Shown piece by piece: positions 54,990-64,000 of a stretch of DNA of 64,000 bases. The stretch is from Alphaproteobacteria bacterium. GTDB lineage: Bacteria; Pseudomonadota; Alphaproteobacteria; SHVV01. Under the pieces are notes generated by a model. That model was given only the letters and a program-made list of their open reading frames with translations. It made no database searches and had not been told where the DNA came from. The stretch is from positions 3,552,001 to 3,616,000 of the forward strand of contig OZ253470.1 in assembly GCA_965261735.1 (NCBI GenBank). The letters run 5' to 3'. Both the position numbers and the translations under genes were made by a program. Numbering within the stretch: the stretch's first letter is position 1; each line of letters opens with the position of its first letter.

Positions 54990-55039
54990 CGCAGGACGCA
55001 AGCCAGTTGTAATGCGAGCGGTTCCGAGTTACAATTAAC

Positions 55040-56144
55040 CTTGCCTATCCGGTTTACACTCACACCCACTAGGGCTAGAATGGGCGCAAACCGGATATAG
55101 GGGAGCGCGCCATGGATGTTCTCGACCGCGCCGATCTCCCATTCCCGCATTCGCTACCCGAGTTCCAGCGACTTTTCCCCGATGATGCGGCCTGCGCCGC
55201 CTACCTGGAGAAAGCCCGCTGGGGAGACGGCTTTGCCTGCCCGCACTGCGGCACGGCGGGAGAGCCGTTCCACTTTGAAAACCGCCCTGGCGTCCTGCGC
55301 TGCCGCAAGTGCCGCCAGAACACCGGGCTGACGGTGGGAACAGTGATGGAGCGTAGCCACACTCCGCTGAACGTCTGGTTCTGGGCCGCTTATCTGGTCG
55401 CCAGTCAGACGCCCGGCATGTCCGCCGTGCAGTTTCAGCGGCAACTTGGTCTTTCGCGCTACGAGACGGCCTTTCAAATTCTCCACAAGCTCCGCTCGGG
55501 CATGGTGCGGCCCAACCAAGACAGGATCGGTGGACAGCCCAAGAACCATGTTGAGGTGGACGAAACCTGGGTTGGCGGGCGAACGCGTGGGGAAGGCCGT
55601 GGTGTTCACCACAAGGTTCCCGTCTCCTGTGCCATCGAGGTGCGTCATCGAAAGCCGGGCACCAAGCTCGACAACCGGAAAGACGGACGCTATGCCGGAC
55701 GCGTTCGGCTCGCCGTCGTGCTCGACCGTAGCGCCGAGTCGCTCTGTGGGTTCGTCGAGAGCACCGTCGCGCCGGGATCGCTGATCGTTACTGACGATTG
55801 GAGCGGCTATGCTGGCCTCGGTAAGCGCGGCTATGAGCACTTCGCTGTTGCCGAGTGTGGTGATCCAGAGGTTGCCGAGCAATACCTGCCGATCATCCAT
55901 CTGGTTTTCGCCAACCTGAAGACGTGGCTGATCGATATCCACCACGGCGTTAGCCACCAGCACCTACAAGCCTACCTCAACGAGTTCACCTTCCGCTTCA
56001 ACAGGCGGTTCTACCCGTTCAACGCCTTCCGCTCATTGCTCGGCATCGCGGGCGACACCTCTGCTCCAACCTATGCCGAGCTTTACTCGGGAGAGTGGCG
56101 GCACCCTACATGTAGCGGTCATGGGCGTTAACCGGATAGGCAAG
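55040..56144 (+). mobile_element. IS1595 type A, complete copy (transposase 55112-56131)
   Basis: IRs CTTGCCTATCCGGTT; flanks CAATTAAC/CAATCAAC (7 of 8 match). Confidence 0.95.
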
Positions 56145-56265
56145 CAATCAACTCGCCGATAAGGTGTCCAAATGGGAAATCTCGGGCACAATCCCTGCCA
56201 AGGCGCGGGCGGGCCGGACCGGGTGAATCGTATCGGCAATGGCAAAACAGCGAGGGAGAGAACTC

Positions 56266-56763
56266 ATGAAGAAACTCGTCATGACATTGGCGGCTCTTGG
56301 CGCGTCGGTGAGCGTTGCGCACGCCGGCCAGTACTTGCAGGCCTCCTCTTCGGTTACCCAGTGCCCGGGCAAGGCGCCCAAGCTGGTGGAGATGGACATC
56401 GTCGATGCCGCCAACGGCATCACGCTGGCGAACAACAAGGTGACCGTCGGCGAGGCCGGGCCCTATCTGATCGTCGCCGCGCCGCAAGTCGGGCGCGAGG
56501 GCGGGGGGCCCTACGGCTGCTTCGACCTGTGGCTGCGGGTCAACGGCACGGATGTCGCCAACTCCAACGTGCAGCTCTGCCAGGACGAAGGCAGCATGGC
56601 GAAGGACGTCATCATTTCGCAGGGTATCGTTCCCATGGAGGCGGGCGACGTGCTGGAAGTGATGATGTCGGCCAGCAACCCCGACGCCAATATGTGCATC
56701 GAGGCGATTCAGCCGGCCGGCGAGCCGTTGGTACCGGCGATCATTTTCTCCATGATCGAGTAA
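56266..56763 (+). CDS. Secreted protein with a probable C1q/TNF/BclA-like beta-sandwich
   Basis: Signal peptide ending AHA; VTVGEAGPYLI, WLRVNG, MEAGDVLEV pattern. Confidence 0.65.
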   Translation: MKKLVMTLAALGASVSVAHAGQYLQASSSVTQCPGKAPKLVEMDIVDAANGITLANNKVTVGEAGPYLIVAAPQVGREGGGPYGCFDLWLRVNGTDVANSNVQLCQDEGSMAKDVIISQGIVPMEAGDVLEVMMSASNPDANMCIEAIQPAGEPLVPAIIFSMIE

Positions 56764-57014
56764 GGGGCGGAGGGGCAACCGACAAACGCGCCGGAATGCG
56801 GCGCGCGCCTGTCCGCGCTGATTCGAGGCAGAGCGGCGGTCACGGCGTGTCGGAAGGATTACCGGGCCGTATCCCTTCTGTCACGCTGTGGAGGCGTCCG
56901 ACCAGCGGGTGAGGGTCCGAGTGTCGAGCCGCACGGTTTCCTGCCACAGCGGCCATTCGCTGTCTCCGCGCATCCGGGCAGCCACGGCTTGGCCGAACGT
57001 GTGTGGACGCCCCC

Positions 57015-57266
57015 GTTGATGCAAGCAGTTTTTGGTCGGCTCGGTGCATGCGGTCAGGTGCTGTCGTGTGTCCGGCCTCTCTATGCGGCAGATGACACGC
57101 CGCGGGCTCGTATGGAGATACGCGGATTGGGTCCAAATCGGTTACGCGAGCTTGAAAGCTCTCCGTTCGGATGCTGGTTTTCCCAACCCGGTCTCGTTGA
57201 CCTTTGCCCTTACCTGTCCTCCGTCCTGCCCACATCCCCGACGGCTTCCCGCACTTCGCCGTTCTC
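57015..57266 (-). ncRNA. Predicted bridge/seek RNA of the IS1111 element (second copy at 50226-50477)
   Basis: Contains CCGAACG and GUAACCG around a small hairpin (match the target) and ACACACG (matches the element end); boundaries approximate. Confidence 0.78.
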
Positions 57267-58289
57267 TCAGGCGGTGGCGGGAGCCCGGTAGCTCTTCTTC
57301 TTCGTCAGTAGCGCCCAGACGATGCGCGCCATCCTGTTGGCCAGCGCCACCGCGACGAGCATCCTCGGCTTGCGCGCCAGCATCCCGGCCAGCCAGGGGT
57401 CCGTCGTCACGCCGCGCCGAACCGCCCAGCGGACCACAGTCATCGCGCCTGTGATCAGCAGCCGTCTCAGATCGCGCTGGCCCATCTTCGATATCTTGCC
57501 CAGCTTCGGCTTGCCGCCGGTCGTGTGCTGGCGCGGCACGAGGCCGAGCCAAGCGGAGAAGTCGCGGCCGCGCCGGAAACTCTCCATCGGCGGTGCGAAG
57601 GCCTGGATTGCCATCGCGCTGATCGGCCCGATCCCCGGCACGCTCATCAGGCGCCTCGCCTCCTCATCCTGCCGTGCTCTCACGTGGACCTCCCTCTCCA
57701 GGCCCGCAATCTTCGCATCGAGGCCGGCGATCTGCTCAAGCAGAAGGCCGGCCAGCTCGCGGACCGCTTCCGGCAACATCGAAGCCGGTCCCCCAAGCGC
57801 CGAGGCCAGCCGGCCGACATGAGCCGGCCCCTGCGGGGCAATGACACCGAACTCCGCCAGATGGCCGCGCAGCGCATTAATCGTCTGGGTGCGCTGGCGC
57901 ACCAGAAGATCGCGCGTCCGGAACAGCATGCCCCGAGCCTGCTGTTCCTCCGTCTTCACAGCCACAAAGCGCATGGTCGGCCGCGACGACGTCTCGCAGA
58001 TCGCCTCCGCATCCGACGCGTCGTTCTTTTGCCGCTTGACGTACGCTTTGACGTAGATCGGTGGGACCAGTCGCACCGCATGGCCGAGACTGCCGATCTC
58101 CCGGCCCCAATGGTGCGCGCCGCCGCACGCCTCCATCGCCACCGTGCAGCGTGGCTGCGCAGCCACAAAGTCCAACAGCTTCGCCCGGCTCAGCTTCTTG
58201 CGGAACGCAACCAACCCATCCGCCCGCGCACCGTGCAGCTGAAAGCTGTTCTTCGCCAGATCGATCCCGATCATGTGAACCTGTTCCAT
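57267..58289 (-). CDS. IS110-family DEDD recombinase
   Basis: GIDLAK, MEAC, KNDASDA, PGIGP, LGLVPRQHTTGGK, VALANRMAR. Confidence 0.95.
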   Translation of the reverse strand: MEQVHMIGIDLAKNSFQLHGARADGLVAFRKKLSRAKLLDFVAAQPRCTVAMEACGGAHHWGREIGSLGHAVRLVPPIYVKAYVKRQKNDASDAEAICETSSRPTMRFVAVKTEEQQARGMLFRTRDLLVRQRTQTINALRGHLAEFGVIAPQGPAHVGRLASALGGPASMLPEAVRELAGLLLEQIAGLDAKIAGLEREVHVRARQDEEARRLMSVPGIGPISAMAIQAFAPPMESFRRGRDFSAWLGLVPRQHTTGGKPKLGKISKMGQRDLRRLLITGAMTVVRWAVRRGVTTDPWLAGMLARKPRMLVAVALANRMARIVWALLTKKKSYRAPATA

Positions 58290-58390
58290 GGACGCCCCCT
58301 TCCTCGCTTGGCGTTAACAACACCGCCAACCTGGCACATCGCGATGCCGTCGGGAGGGGCGTCCACCCCATCGGTTACCGGCCGGACGGC

Positions 58391-60286
58391 GTGACCGCCG
58401 CCGGTCTCGGCCTCGGTGTCGGGGCGGCGCTGATCGCCTACATGGCGAGCGACCGCAAGGACGCCGGCGTCTGGCTGCGCTTCGGCCCTTACGGCGCGGG
58501 GCTGGCGGTGTGTGCGGCCTCGCTCTGGACCGGCATCGTCCGTCCCCTGCAAGGCGCGGGCTCCTTCGGCGCCGCGATGGCCTGGCTCAAGGATCTCGAC
58601 GGCCTGGGGCTGGTGCTGCTCGCCGTGCCGCCGCCGGCCCTCATGCTGCTGACCGTGCTCTGGTTCGAGGTGGCGGTCGGCAGCGTCAAGTACCTCGACA
58701 GCGGGCGCCGGCGGCGGCGGGCCGAGTCCGATCTTCACGGCCACGCGCGGCTGCTCGGCCGCCGCTTCCTGCGCAGGCTCGTGCGGCGCAAGGGGATTCT
58801 GCTCGGCCAGTGGGGCGCGGGCCGCAACGCGAGATTGATCGGCTGGTCCCTCGAAGGCTCCGCCATCACCGTCGCCCCGCCGCGCGCGGGCAAGGGCGCA
58901 ACCATCGCGCTCAACCTTCTCTCGCCGGACGACCGGGGTTTCCAGGGCTCGACCGTCACCATAGACCCGCGCGGCGAGCTTTGGTGCATTGCCGCCCGGC
59001 GCCGCCGCCAGATGGGGCGCAACGTCCTGCTGCTCGACCCCTTCGGCGTGGTGGGCGGCCACAAGGAAGCGTTCCCGAAATGCCATCTGCCGGACGTTAC
59101 GAGTGCGACCTACAACCCGCTGGAGTTCATACGGAAGGATGAGAACCTTGCCGTGCGCGATATCAACGTGCTGCTCGACGCCTTGCTCACCCCGCCGCGC
59201 CCGGACGCGCACCAGAACAGCCGGCACTTCTACGAGTCCGCCCGCGCCATCATCGCCGGCTACATGGCCTGGGTGCGCTTCAAGGCCGAGCCGCCCCAGC
59301 GCAGCCTGGCCACCCTCTACCGGATGCTGTCGATGACGCCGGAGGAATGGGAGGCATTCGCGGGGCGGGTCCTGGACACGGACCGCTTCACCGGCGGGCT
59401 CACCCATATCGCGGTCGAGCGCCAGGCCCAGGTCGGCCGGGAGGAAGGCGGCTCCACCTTCACCACGGTCGCCAACCAGCTCGCCTTCCTCAACTACCCC
59501 GAGCTGTTGGCTCACACCTCGGCCTCCAGCTTCGATCCCTTGGATCTGGCCAAGGGCGATACCGACCTCTTCGTGGTCGCACCGGAAGAGACCATTGAGC
59601 ACGTCAAGGGCTGGCTCCGCCTCTGGGTCGCCATCCCCAACGCCGTCGCCGGCATCCAGCCGCTGGAGCGCGACCTACTCATCGTCATCGACGAGATGCC
59701 CCGCCTCGGCTACCTCAAGCCGGTCATGGACGGCTACACCATGGCCGCCGGCAAGGGCGTGCATTTCTGGTGCTTCGCGCAGTCGATTTCCGCCCTCGAT
59801 TCGAGCTGGGGCAAGGAGCACCGCAAGACGCTGCTGCACCTCGCCGAGGTCGTCCAGGTCCTGGGTTTCCCGCGCACCGACGCCGAGGGTGCCGAGGAGC
59901 TCTCCAAGGCCATCGGCACCGCCACCTTCGAGGGTCGCACCGAGAGCCGCTCGGGCACCATCGCCGAGAGCCGCATCGTCACCGCCAATACCCAGTGGCA
60001 GGCGGGAGACTCCAGATCCCTGGTCCGCGAGCGTCTGGTCACCCCGGACGAGTTGATGACGCTGGGGCCCGACCGCCAATACGTGATCGCGGCCGCCAAG
60101 GACATGCCGCGCGACGCGCTCCATCTCCATCACGCCCACTACTGGCGCCGCCGCGACGCGGAACATCTCGCCGATCCCAACCCGTTCGTGCTGCGCAAGC
60201 AACGCGCGGCAGGGGCTGGGTCTGGTAGTGCGGAGAGGCGGACGGGGCCGGGTTCGATACTGACAGCCGGAAGGAGGGTGACATGA
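58391..60286 (+). CDS. Type IV coupling protein VirD4/TraG
   Basis: N-terminal TMs, HGHAR, APPRAGKG Walker A, IDPRGEL, IVIDEM Walker B, RLVTPDEL; true start may be displaced by IS1111. Confidence 0.85.
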   Translation: MTAAGLGLGVGAALIAYMASDRKDAGVWLRFGPYGAGLAVCAASLWTGIVRPLQGAGSFGAAMAWLKDLDGLGLVLLAVPPPALMLLTVLWFEVAVGSVKYLDSGRRRRRAESDLHGHARLLGRRFLRRLVRRKGILLGQWGAGRNARLIGWSLEGSAITVAPPRAGKGATIALNLLSPDDRGFQGSTVTIDPRGELWCIAARRRRQMGRNVLLLDPFGVVGGHKEAFPKCHLPDVTSATYNPLEFIRKDENLAVRDINVLLDALLTPPRPDAHQNSRHFYESARAIIAGYMAWVRFKAEPPQRSLATLYRMLSMTPEEWEAFAGRVLDTDRFTGGLTHIAVERQAQVGREEGGSTFTTVANQLAFLNYPELLAHTSASSFDPLDLAKGDTDLFVVAPEETIEHVKGWLRLWVAIPNAVAGIQPLERDLLIVIDEMPRLGYLKPVMDGYTMAAGKGVHFWCFAQSISALDSSWGKEHRKTLLHLAEVVQVLGFPRTDAEGAEELSKAIGTATFEGRTESRSGTIAESRIVTANTQWQAGDSRSLVRERLVTPDELMTLGPDRQYVIAAAKDMPRDALHLHHAHYWRRRDAEHLADPNPFVLRKQRAAGAGSGSAERRTGPGSILTAGRRVT

Positions 60287-60412
60287 CCGGAAAGAAACCC
60301 TTGGGGCTGGAATGACGAGTCCGGGGACGGCACGGTCCCGCCGGTCTCGGAAGCGGCCGCCCCGCCCGGCGGCGGCACTGAGGCCGACACGGATGCCAAT
60401 GGCCCGTCGCCC

Positions 60413-61033
60413 GTGACTACGGCGGCGCCCGCAAATCGGGGCGGGGGCAGGCGTGGCGGCAGCAGGGGGCAGGCGGCCGGCGGAACGGATGCGCCGCAGA
60501 AATCCGGGGATGAAGACGGTACGGCGGGGGACAGCGACGGGATTGCGCAATTGCGTCATCTGGTCAGCGAGCTCATCAAGGGCGCCGAGAAGAAAACGGC
60601 GAGCAAGCTAGCTCGCCTGGAGAAGCAGGGGAAGACGCTGGCCGAGAGCGCGGAGGCTAACGCCATCATGCTGCGGCAACTGGTGGAGCGACAGCCGGGA
60701 GCCGGAGCGGAGAGCGAGGCAGCGGCCGAGGGGGCGGCGAAGCTCTTGGCGCGGATCGGGACCCATGCGGCGGATTTTGGGCGATGGGTGGAGTTGGAAC
60801 GGCGCGGGCGCAGGCGCTGGTGGGCGCTGGCCATCGCCGCCGGGTTCCCGGCGTTCCTCCTTCTCGGCCTGCTGGTGGAACAGCAGTTCCAGGTCATCCC
60901 GATGCACGACCCGACCGGAGGCTGGCGCGGCCATGTCTGGGAACAGTACGGACGAACCGTCGTCGATTGCGCGGTCGAGGCGATGAGGACTGATGCGAAG
61001 GTCGACTGCCCGCTCGTAGTCCGCAGGCCGTAG
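60413..61033 (+). CDS. Hypothetical membrane-anchored protein downstream of virD4
   Basis: One TM near the C-terminus, DPTGGWRGHVW..C..C; frame open from 60287, start uncertain. Confidence 0.6.
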   Translation: MTTAAPANRGGGRRGGSRGQAAGGTDAPQKSGDEDGTAGDSDGIAQLRHLVSELIKGAEKKTASKLARLEKQGKTLAESAEANAIMLRQLVERQPGAGAESEAAAEGAAKLLARIGTHAADFGRWVELERRGRRRWWALAIAAGFPAFLLLGLLVEQQFQVIPMHDPTGGWRGHVWEQYGRTVVDCAVEAMRTDAKVDCPLVVRRP

Positions 61034-61321
61034 GCGGACGCTGTCCAAGGAAATGGATAAGACCGTGCCTTTATCGACGGTCGTGGTTACGTTGGTCGGG
61101 GCTGGATAGACGGCGCAGTAGGTGCCGGACGGAGCGTGGATACGAGTGTGAAGGCAGCGGCTCGGGAGACCGGTTCGGCCGCGCGGGCCCCTTGGTAGTA
61201 GGGAAGAGAGACGGACCGGCCGCCGGGTACTGTAAGCGGCCCGCGCCTACGCACGGGAAACGAGCGGAGATGGATCTTGGCCTGTAAGACGTGAGCGTGG
61301 GTGTGGTACTTAACGCGATGG

Positions 61322-61861
61322 TTACGCGCGTATCGCCTTCAAGCGTTGCCGGAGCGTTTTCAGTTCAGACGTTGGCATGGTTCTCGCCACGGCCACTATC
61401 AGGTCGAGAAACGGAGCGTCCGCGTTATCCGGCTTGGTTCCGAGATTTTCGTCATACACCTCGTTGAGGACGCTGATACGCATTTTCCGGCTGGGTGCCT
61501 TCCCAAAATGGGCCAGGAAAGCCGATAGCTCCGAACTGAGACGTCGATAAAGTTCGGAAGACGGATCGAGCTCCCTGAACCATTGCTGAAGCTGGGCCTC
61601 GGTTCTTCGTCCATCGAGCCCCCTTCGCGATAGTCTGATGTACGTTCGGGCATCGATTCCCTCGTAGCCGACGAATTTCGACGGACCAAACTGCCACCGC
61701 CCGTCCTCGCCTTGCTGAGCGTACCACGCACGCGCGTAGGCCAAGCGGCTAGACAGTGCGGGACTCCGCCGGACTTCATCCGCGAAGCGGTGGATGGCAT
61801 CGGATACAGTGCTAGGTGACAAAGCGAGTGAGGGCATGTTCATTTTCCTCGTGTTGATCAT
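61322..61861 (-). CDS. Hypothetical protein
   Basis: AWYA..FGPSKFVGY..DGRRTE..L.QWF pattern; AT-rich upstream region; start uncertain. Confidence 0.65.
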   Translation of the reverse strand: MINTRKMNMPSLALSPSTVSDAIHRFADEVRRSPALSSRLAYARAWYAQQGEDGRWQFGPSKFVGYEGIDARTYIRLSRRGLDGRRTEAQLQQWFRELDPSSELYRRLSSELSAFLAHFGKAPSRKMRISVLNEVYDENLGTKPDNADAPFLDLIVAVARTMPTSELKTLRQRLKAIRA

Positions 61862-62236
61862 TGCATAAGATGTAGAATATGAGAGCCAATTATGTTATGC
61901 AAAATATTTATGAATAAAATGATGAACATCAAAACACAAGGTGGAATCAATATGTTACCTAATTGTTCGCGAGTAGGTTTCTGGCATGGACGAGATCGGC
62001 GCGACGATGAGGACCGGCCACCGGTATCTGTCGATGCGGAAGCCTCTAAGTGGAGATGGGCACACCCGCGACCGGGCTGGCCAGGACGACTCGACTCGGT
62101 AGTGAGAGTAACCGGGAACGGTCACGGTGATCTGTGCTGAAGGGGGTCGCCAGGACGCGCGGGAGAGGGAGGTTTGGCTCTGCGACACGCCTGAACACAT
62201 GATCCACTACGACGGTGAGCGGTTCCTAGGTTCTAG

Positions 62237-62495
62237 TGACCTGCCCCCGTCGACTGGTCCGGTTTGAATGTTAGTGCATTGACGGTTTCTCGGCCACGCT
62301 GGGTGGCCGGCGGAGCGTAGCGGAGCCGGGTGGGCAGCTTGGCATGACGATCGTTTCCGGGGCCGGCGGCCGGTATCCCAGGCTGCCGTGTGGGCGGAAG
62401 GCGTTGTAATGGCGCCGCCAGGATTCGATGAGAACCTGGGCTTCCCTCAGGGTGTAGAACCGAGGCGCGCCGTAGCACCTCTTGCTCTGCTCGAA
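62237..62495 (-). mobile_element. IS3-family 3' remnant
   Basis: FYTLREAQVLIESWRRHYN..PHGSLGYRPPAP plus a terminal IR starting TGACCTGCCCC. Confidence 0.75.
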
Positions 62496-62639
62496 GATCG
62501 ACAGCGCCGCCGACGGCACTCCAGGCGCGAAGGCGCCGCACACAAACCGTCGCTGCCAGGGCAGAACCGAGAACGTCTGCCCGGCTAGCCGCCCTTGCGT
62601 TACCGGCAGGCCCCGGAGATAGGGGAGTAGGGCTATCAT
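62496..62639 (-). pseudogene. Possible phage terminase large-subunit N-terminal fragment
   Basis: GRLAGQTFSVLPWQRRFV..AALSI, cut just before the expected Walker A. Confidence 0.5.
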
Positions 62640-62769
62640 GCTCTACCGAGCCCTTGCCCCCTTCCACTTGTAGGACGGATTGCCCAGTTTCTCCCAGAAG
62701 TCCAACCAAATAGTGCCATCCGGCTCGGTGCCGAAAGACAGTATTACGGCCTTCAGTCGTTCATCCTTT

Positions 62770-63875
62770 CTTGCCTATCCGGTTAACGCCCATGACCGCT
62801 ACATGTAGGGTGCCGCCACTCTCCCGAGTAAAGCTCGGCATAGGTTGGAGCAGAGGTGTCGCCCGCGATGCCGAGCAATGAGCGGAAGGCGTTGAACGGG
62901 TAGAACCGCCTGTTGAAGCGGAAGGTGAACTCGTTGAGGTAGGCTTGTAGGTGCTGGTGGCTAACGCCGTGGTGAGATACCGATCAGCCACGTCTTCAGG
63001 TTGGCGAAAACCAGATGGATGATCGGCAGGTATTGCTCGGCAACCTCTGGATCACCACACTCGGCAACAGCGAAGTGCTCATAGCCGCGCTTCCCGAGGC
63101 CAGCATAGCCGCTCCAATCGTCAGTAACGATCAGCGATCGCGGCGCGACGGTGCTCTCGACGAACCCACAGAGCGACTCGGCGCTACGGTCGAGCACGAC
63201 GGCGAGCCGAACGCGTCCGGCATAGCGTCCGTCTTTCCGGTTGTCGAGCTTGGTGCCCGGCTTTCGATGACGCACCTCGATGGCACAGGAGACGGGAACC
63301 TTGTGGTGAACACCACGGCCTTCCCCACGCGTTCGCCCGCCAACCCAGGTTTCGTCCACCTCAACATGGTTCTTGGGCTGTCCACCGATCCTGTCTTGGT
63401 TGGGCCGCACCATGCCCGAGCGGAGCTTGTGGAGAATTTGAAAGGCCGTCTCGTAGCGCGAAAGACCAAGTTGCCGCTGAAACTGCACGGCGGACATGCC
63501 GGGCGTCTGACTGGCGACCAGATAAGCGGCCCAGAACCAGACGTTCAGCGGAGTGTGGCTACGCTCCATCACTGTTCCCACCGTCAGCCCGGTGTTCTGG
63601 CGGCACTTGCGGCAGCGCAGGACGCCAGGGCGGTTTTCAAAGTGGAACGGCTCTCCCGCCGTGCCGCAGTGCGGGCAGGCAAAGCCGTCTCCCCAGCGGG
63701 CTTTCTCCAGGTAGGCGGCGCAGGCCGCATCATCGGGGAAAAGTCGCTGGAACTCGGGTAGCGAATGCGGGAATGGGAGATCGGCGCGGTCGAGAACATC
63801 CATGGCGCGCTCCCCTATATCCGGGTTGCGCCCATTCTCACCCTAGTGGGTGTGGGTGTAAACCGGATAGGCAAG
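62770..63875 (-). mobile_element. IS1595 type A full-length copy, frameshifted
   Basis: Both IRs; 1-bp insertion near 62975; no TSD. Confidence 0.93.
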
Positions 63876-63883
63876 GACGGAAC

Positions 63884-64000
63884 TAAGGTGGCTTCGGTTT
63901 GTCGGACAGCTTGGCGGCTCAGTTAAGGTGTATTCCAGTTGTCGTTCATGCCGCCAGAATCCCTTTGAATAGATCTCCTTGCCGTTGTTGTTGCGCCTGT
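63884..64000 (-). mobile_element. Right end of an IS3 element related to 52248-53589
   Basis: High but imperfect identity to 52248-52363; runs off the window. Confidence 0.85.

Larger units (their letters stand above)
57000..58371 (-). mobile_element. IS110-family (IS1111 group) copy 2, intact
   Basis: CG core at 56998-99 and 58372-73; 11-bp subterminal IRs at 57003-57013 and 58356-58366; long non-coding end downstream of the gene. Confidence 0.95.

Noticed and set aside
54990-55039. XerCD dif-like site beside the IS1202-like element
   Set aside because: Only a short TTGTAA/TTACAA repeat with the wrong spacing; no dif consensus
58061-60286. 741-aa VirD4
   Set aside because: The first 110 or so residues are antisense IS1111 sequence
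417-63761. Many long antisense/alternate-frame ORFs (e.g. 417-1397, 6773-8281, 26391-28421, 31562-33163, 58271-59602)
   Set aside because: Shadow ORFs of GC-rich genes; Arg/Ala/Pro-rich with no motifs
1-64000. CRISPR array or cas genes
   Set aside because: No regularly spaced short repeats or cas-like ORFs seen; long repeats are IS copies

Overview
GC-rich, alphaproteobacterial-looking accessory region that is heavily eroded. By my coordinate tally roughly a third (about 22 kb) is insertion sequences or their fragments: two IS256 types, two IS1595 types, IS110/IS1111, IS630, IS3, IS21, IS1380 and ISNCY, several of them nested. Between them lie: (i) an aromatic/amine catabolic cluster with three Rieske oxygenase alpha subunits and no electron-transfer partners; (ii) a predicted selenoprotein that the ORF track splits in two (in-frame TGA in a U-G-S-C motif followed by a SECIS-like hairpin, fused to a large uncharacterised domain), next to a flavin reductase/hydrolase/NicX-like/LLM module; (iii) an intact HU-recQ-topB cassette; (iv) remnants of a conjugative element (VirD4, MobF relaxase-helicase C-terminus, truncated tRNA-Thr); and (v) choline sulfatase and a secreted C1q-like protein. 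The two strongest hidden signals are the selenoprotein and the IS1111 non-coding end, whose predicted bridge/seek RNA guides can be read directly and match one insertion site exactly and the other partially. All family assignments come from motif recognition by eye, not database searches.
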